Shown here piece by piece: positions 54,901 through 64,000 of a stretch of 64,000 nucleotides of DNA. Made by a program: the position numbers and the translations under genes. Under the pieces are notes generated by a model, which was given only the letters and a program-made list of their open reading frames with translations, did not search any database and had not been told where the DNA came from. The DNA is from Amoebidium appalachense (lineage: Eukaryota; Protista; Ichthyosporea), in the NCBI GenBank assembly GCA_963693365.1, contig CAVNZM010000006.1, forward strand, positions 2,046,001 through 2,110,000. Direction: 5' to 3'. Positions within the stretch are counted from its first letter, which is position 1; each line of letters begins with the position of its first letter.

Positions 54901-55901
54901 CTCATGCATGACAAGGAGGGAGTTGGGGGGGGGGGGGGGGGGGGGGGGGGTTGAATATACATACAGACATGTGTGCGGCTGCCGTGCCTCACATTACGTC
55001 GTATATTGCAATGTCGGTATATATGTGCACTAGTCAGAGCGTAGGCAGGCCATTCTGCGCATGACCATAATGTCACATGCATGCAGCGAAATCTCAAATT
55101 CTCGTGGAACCAGAGGATTCTTAAATTTTCGATGATTGCAACTTGCCTTTTTCGAATTTTTGATTTGTTGTCTAATGTTAGAAGCGGTTGTTGTGTTTTG
55201 GGGTTGCGGGTTTTATAGTTGTAGGTTCGAGAGTCTAGTTTGTATTTATAAAGTCCCTTATAATTAATTGGCTTTTGATAGTTATGTGAAATTCAAGATC
55301 ATGTTTGAATATTCCGACCCATAGCAGTGACTACTTTTCGTTTCGGATAATTTTTGTTTGCGCGTGCCCGCATGCAAACACATGCCGTCACACGAACACA
55401 CACTACCGTACACACACCGTCACAAGTACGTACGGGGACAAACAGCCACCCCCCCCCCCCCCCCCCCCCCCCTCCCCCCTCCCCCCCCCTCCCCCCCCCC
55501 CCCCCCCCCCCCCCCCCCTTCCTTCGGAGCGTTTGTTTGGGGAGTTTAGGAGGTGTATATGTAAAGGGGGAGGGGAGGGGGTTGGGTGTTGGGTGTTGGG
55601 GCTTGGGGGGAGCGGGGGGCCAGGGGCCGGGAGACTCAGTGTAGTTTTGTGGCTGGGGGGATGTGGGGCAGGGGGTCGGGTGGGGGGAGGAGGGGGGAGG
55701 GGGGGTTTGGGGGGGGGGGGGGAGGGGGTTAATGAACATTCTCTCTCCCTCCCTCTCTCTCTCTCTCCCTCTCTCTCTCTCTCGACTCTCTCTCTCCCCC
55801 CTCCCCCCCCCCCCCCCCTCCCCCCACCCCCCCCCCCCCCCCCAAAAGCCGCCTCGAGCTCCCCGCACACGCACAACACACCGTCGGACACACACACACA
55901 G

Positions 55902-55954
<53 letters not shown>

Positions 55955-56093
55955 GCCACAGACTGACACAAACACACATGCACACACTTCACACGCACGC
56001 ACGCACACACACACACCGCCACAGACGCACACGCACGCACCCACAGACACACACATGTACGTACACACAAACGCACGCGAGCGTGCACACCTG

Positions 56094-56155
<62 letters not shown>

Positions 56156-57171
56156 GTACAAAAACACACACACACACGTACACACGCATACACCCACACA
56201 CACCACAAACAAACGTTTACGTACCCTGGAAAACACGGACTGTATTAAACACATATCCACACGTATTACACCGCGCACGGCCATGCATAGATATCTACAC
56301 ACACATTCAAGACATGCACATAACTTTTTCAAAAGGTGCATAGGCTTGATGTTGTGCACAGCATACAGGGAAGTTTCGACTTCATATCATGCGATTTGAA
56401 GGAAAATAATATCCAGCAAAAGCTGGACAGGCTGCCACCAAATGGCGGCAAAGCACGATGAATTAGGCTGCTGATCCGATGCAGGCATAGGCTTGCTTAA
56501 CGTACCGAGTTGCAATTGTTCAGCCGAACTTGATTAAAGTGCACACACCGTCCCGATTACTCAACTAGAGTCGACTAGAACCAAAAAAATGCTCATCTAC
56601 ACACGCCTTGTACATAGACAGCAATACAACAATCTTGACACAGACAACGTGGCACAGACATAGGTGGTACCTACTATACGTGCGAGCCATGGAATCACAT
56701 GTGTGTGTGCAAGTGTCCCACACATGTGGGAGCATATATAATGACCAGACGTATTATCACTATTAATCATTCGTCGCTTCAGAACTTCATTTATTACTTG
56801 TGGTTCTTACAAAAATCTGAAACGAGAGTAGAAAAATTCAGACCCGGCACACAACATGTGTGGGCTTATTAGGCTCAAGACCTACATACGAAATTGTTGT
56901 AGTGTACGTTCGTTTCCACGCCAATTAGCAACACACACAGTAACCGTCAGGAAAAAAAGAAAGAAACAACAAACTAAAAACAAAACAAACCACAACAGAC
57001 CAGTATCCCCTGGTTACACGTGTAAAATCTTCAAACATTAGAAACGAGCCAATAGGGCACACACACTTCTGTTTACTGTTATAATAGATATTCCAACACC
57101 ATTCATTCTTCTTACCGCTAAAAAACCGTAAACTTTTTGTTTTTAATATTATAAAATATCCATTCATAGTG

Positions 57172-63242
<6,071 letters not shown>

Positions 63243-63673
63243 CTGCAGATCATGAAGAACATGAGGCATTTGTAAACCAACATGGCTTCGAGGGTGGGCA
63301 GAGTGGTGTGTGCGTGTGTTGTGTGTGTATGTGTATGTGTATGTGTATGCGTGAGAACACCCATACATGTTCCTTTGTGTGCAAGATGTCGGACCAACGT
63401 CTATACATGAAGCTCGAGAAGGCAGAAAGGCATTTTAGGATATTATCAAAACAACAATGTCATGGCTCACTGCCACAAGAAAACAAGAGGATAGTGGGGA
63501 TGGGTGCTCGCAAGTGGCATGTAGGAAAGGGAAGAAAGAGTGAGGGCAACACCAAGAGTCAGCGAGGCCAGAAAGACATGGGTTCAAGGAGAGTTGCTAT
63601 AAGCTGGAAAGCTGTCGACGTCTGTGGGCAGCAAGGAGGAGGAGGAGGAGGAGGAGGGGGGGGGGGGGGGGGG

Positions 63674-63708
<35 letters not shown>

Positions 63709-63776
63709 CGAGGGAGAGACAGAGAGAGAGGGGGAGAGAGAGGGAGAGAGAGAGAGAAAAGGGGGGGGGGGGGGGG

Positions 63777-63839
<63 letters not shown>

Positions 63840-64000
63840 AGGGAGGAAGAGGGGAAGGGAGGGAGGGAGGAACGGAGGGGAAGAGGGGTGAAGGAGGGAG
63901 TGAGTGAGGGAGGGAGGGAGACAGAGAGAGAGGGAGAGAGAGAGAGAGACGGAGGGGGGAGGAAAGAGGAGAGGGAGGTGGAAAGAGAGAGGCAGAGAGA

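Noticed and set aside
63243-63625. First RING exon of MAT1
   Set aside because: I found no frame encoding the expected C..C...CGH segment here; it probably lies beyond the window end.

Overview
Intron-rich eukaryotic DNA, saturated with poly-C/poly-G tracts and (CA)/(GT)/(GA) microsatellites; nearly all ORFs in the supplied track are artefacts of these repeats. By hand I spliced eight genes from GT-AG exons with consistent phases: the 3' end of a probable RCC1-repeat gene, a DUF1264/OBAP protein, a probably acylated PH-fold plus coiled-coil protein, a ZC3H18-like CCCH protein, a divergent NAC-alpha-like protein, a synaptobrevin/VAMP, a mitoferrin, and MAT1/Tfb3 (5' end probably beyond the window). 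The mix of animal-like ZC3H18 and non-animal DUF1264 suggests a unicellular holozoan such as an ichthyosporean (inference). Mobile DNA includes a 5'-truncated LINE, a MULE-type MITE with a 9-bp TSD and a 44-bp TIR-only element with an 8-bp TSD. The most unusual signal is a dispersed family of structured non-coding repeats (6 long copies plus 3 short 3'-end copies). Their stems covary between copies, and they contain a kink-turn plus a pseudoknot. All intronic copies lie sense to the host gene, and most 3' ends sit next to poly-C. They cluster with two further structured modules in one ZC3H18 intron. Two apparent +1 frameshifts in coding C/G runs warn that homopolymer lengths in this assembly may be inflated.
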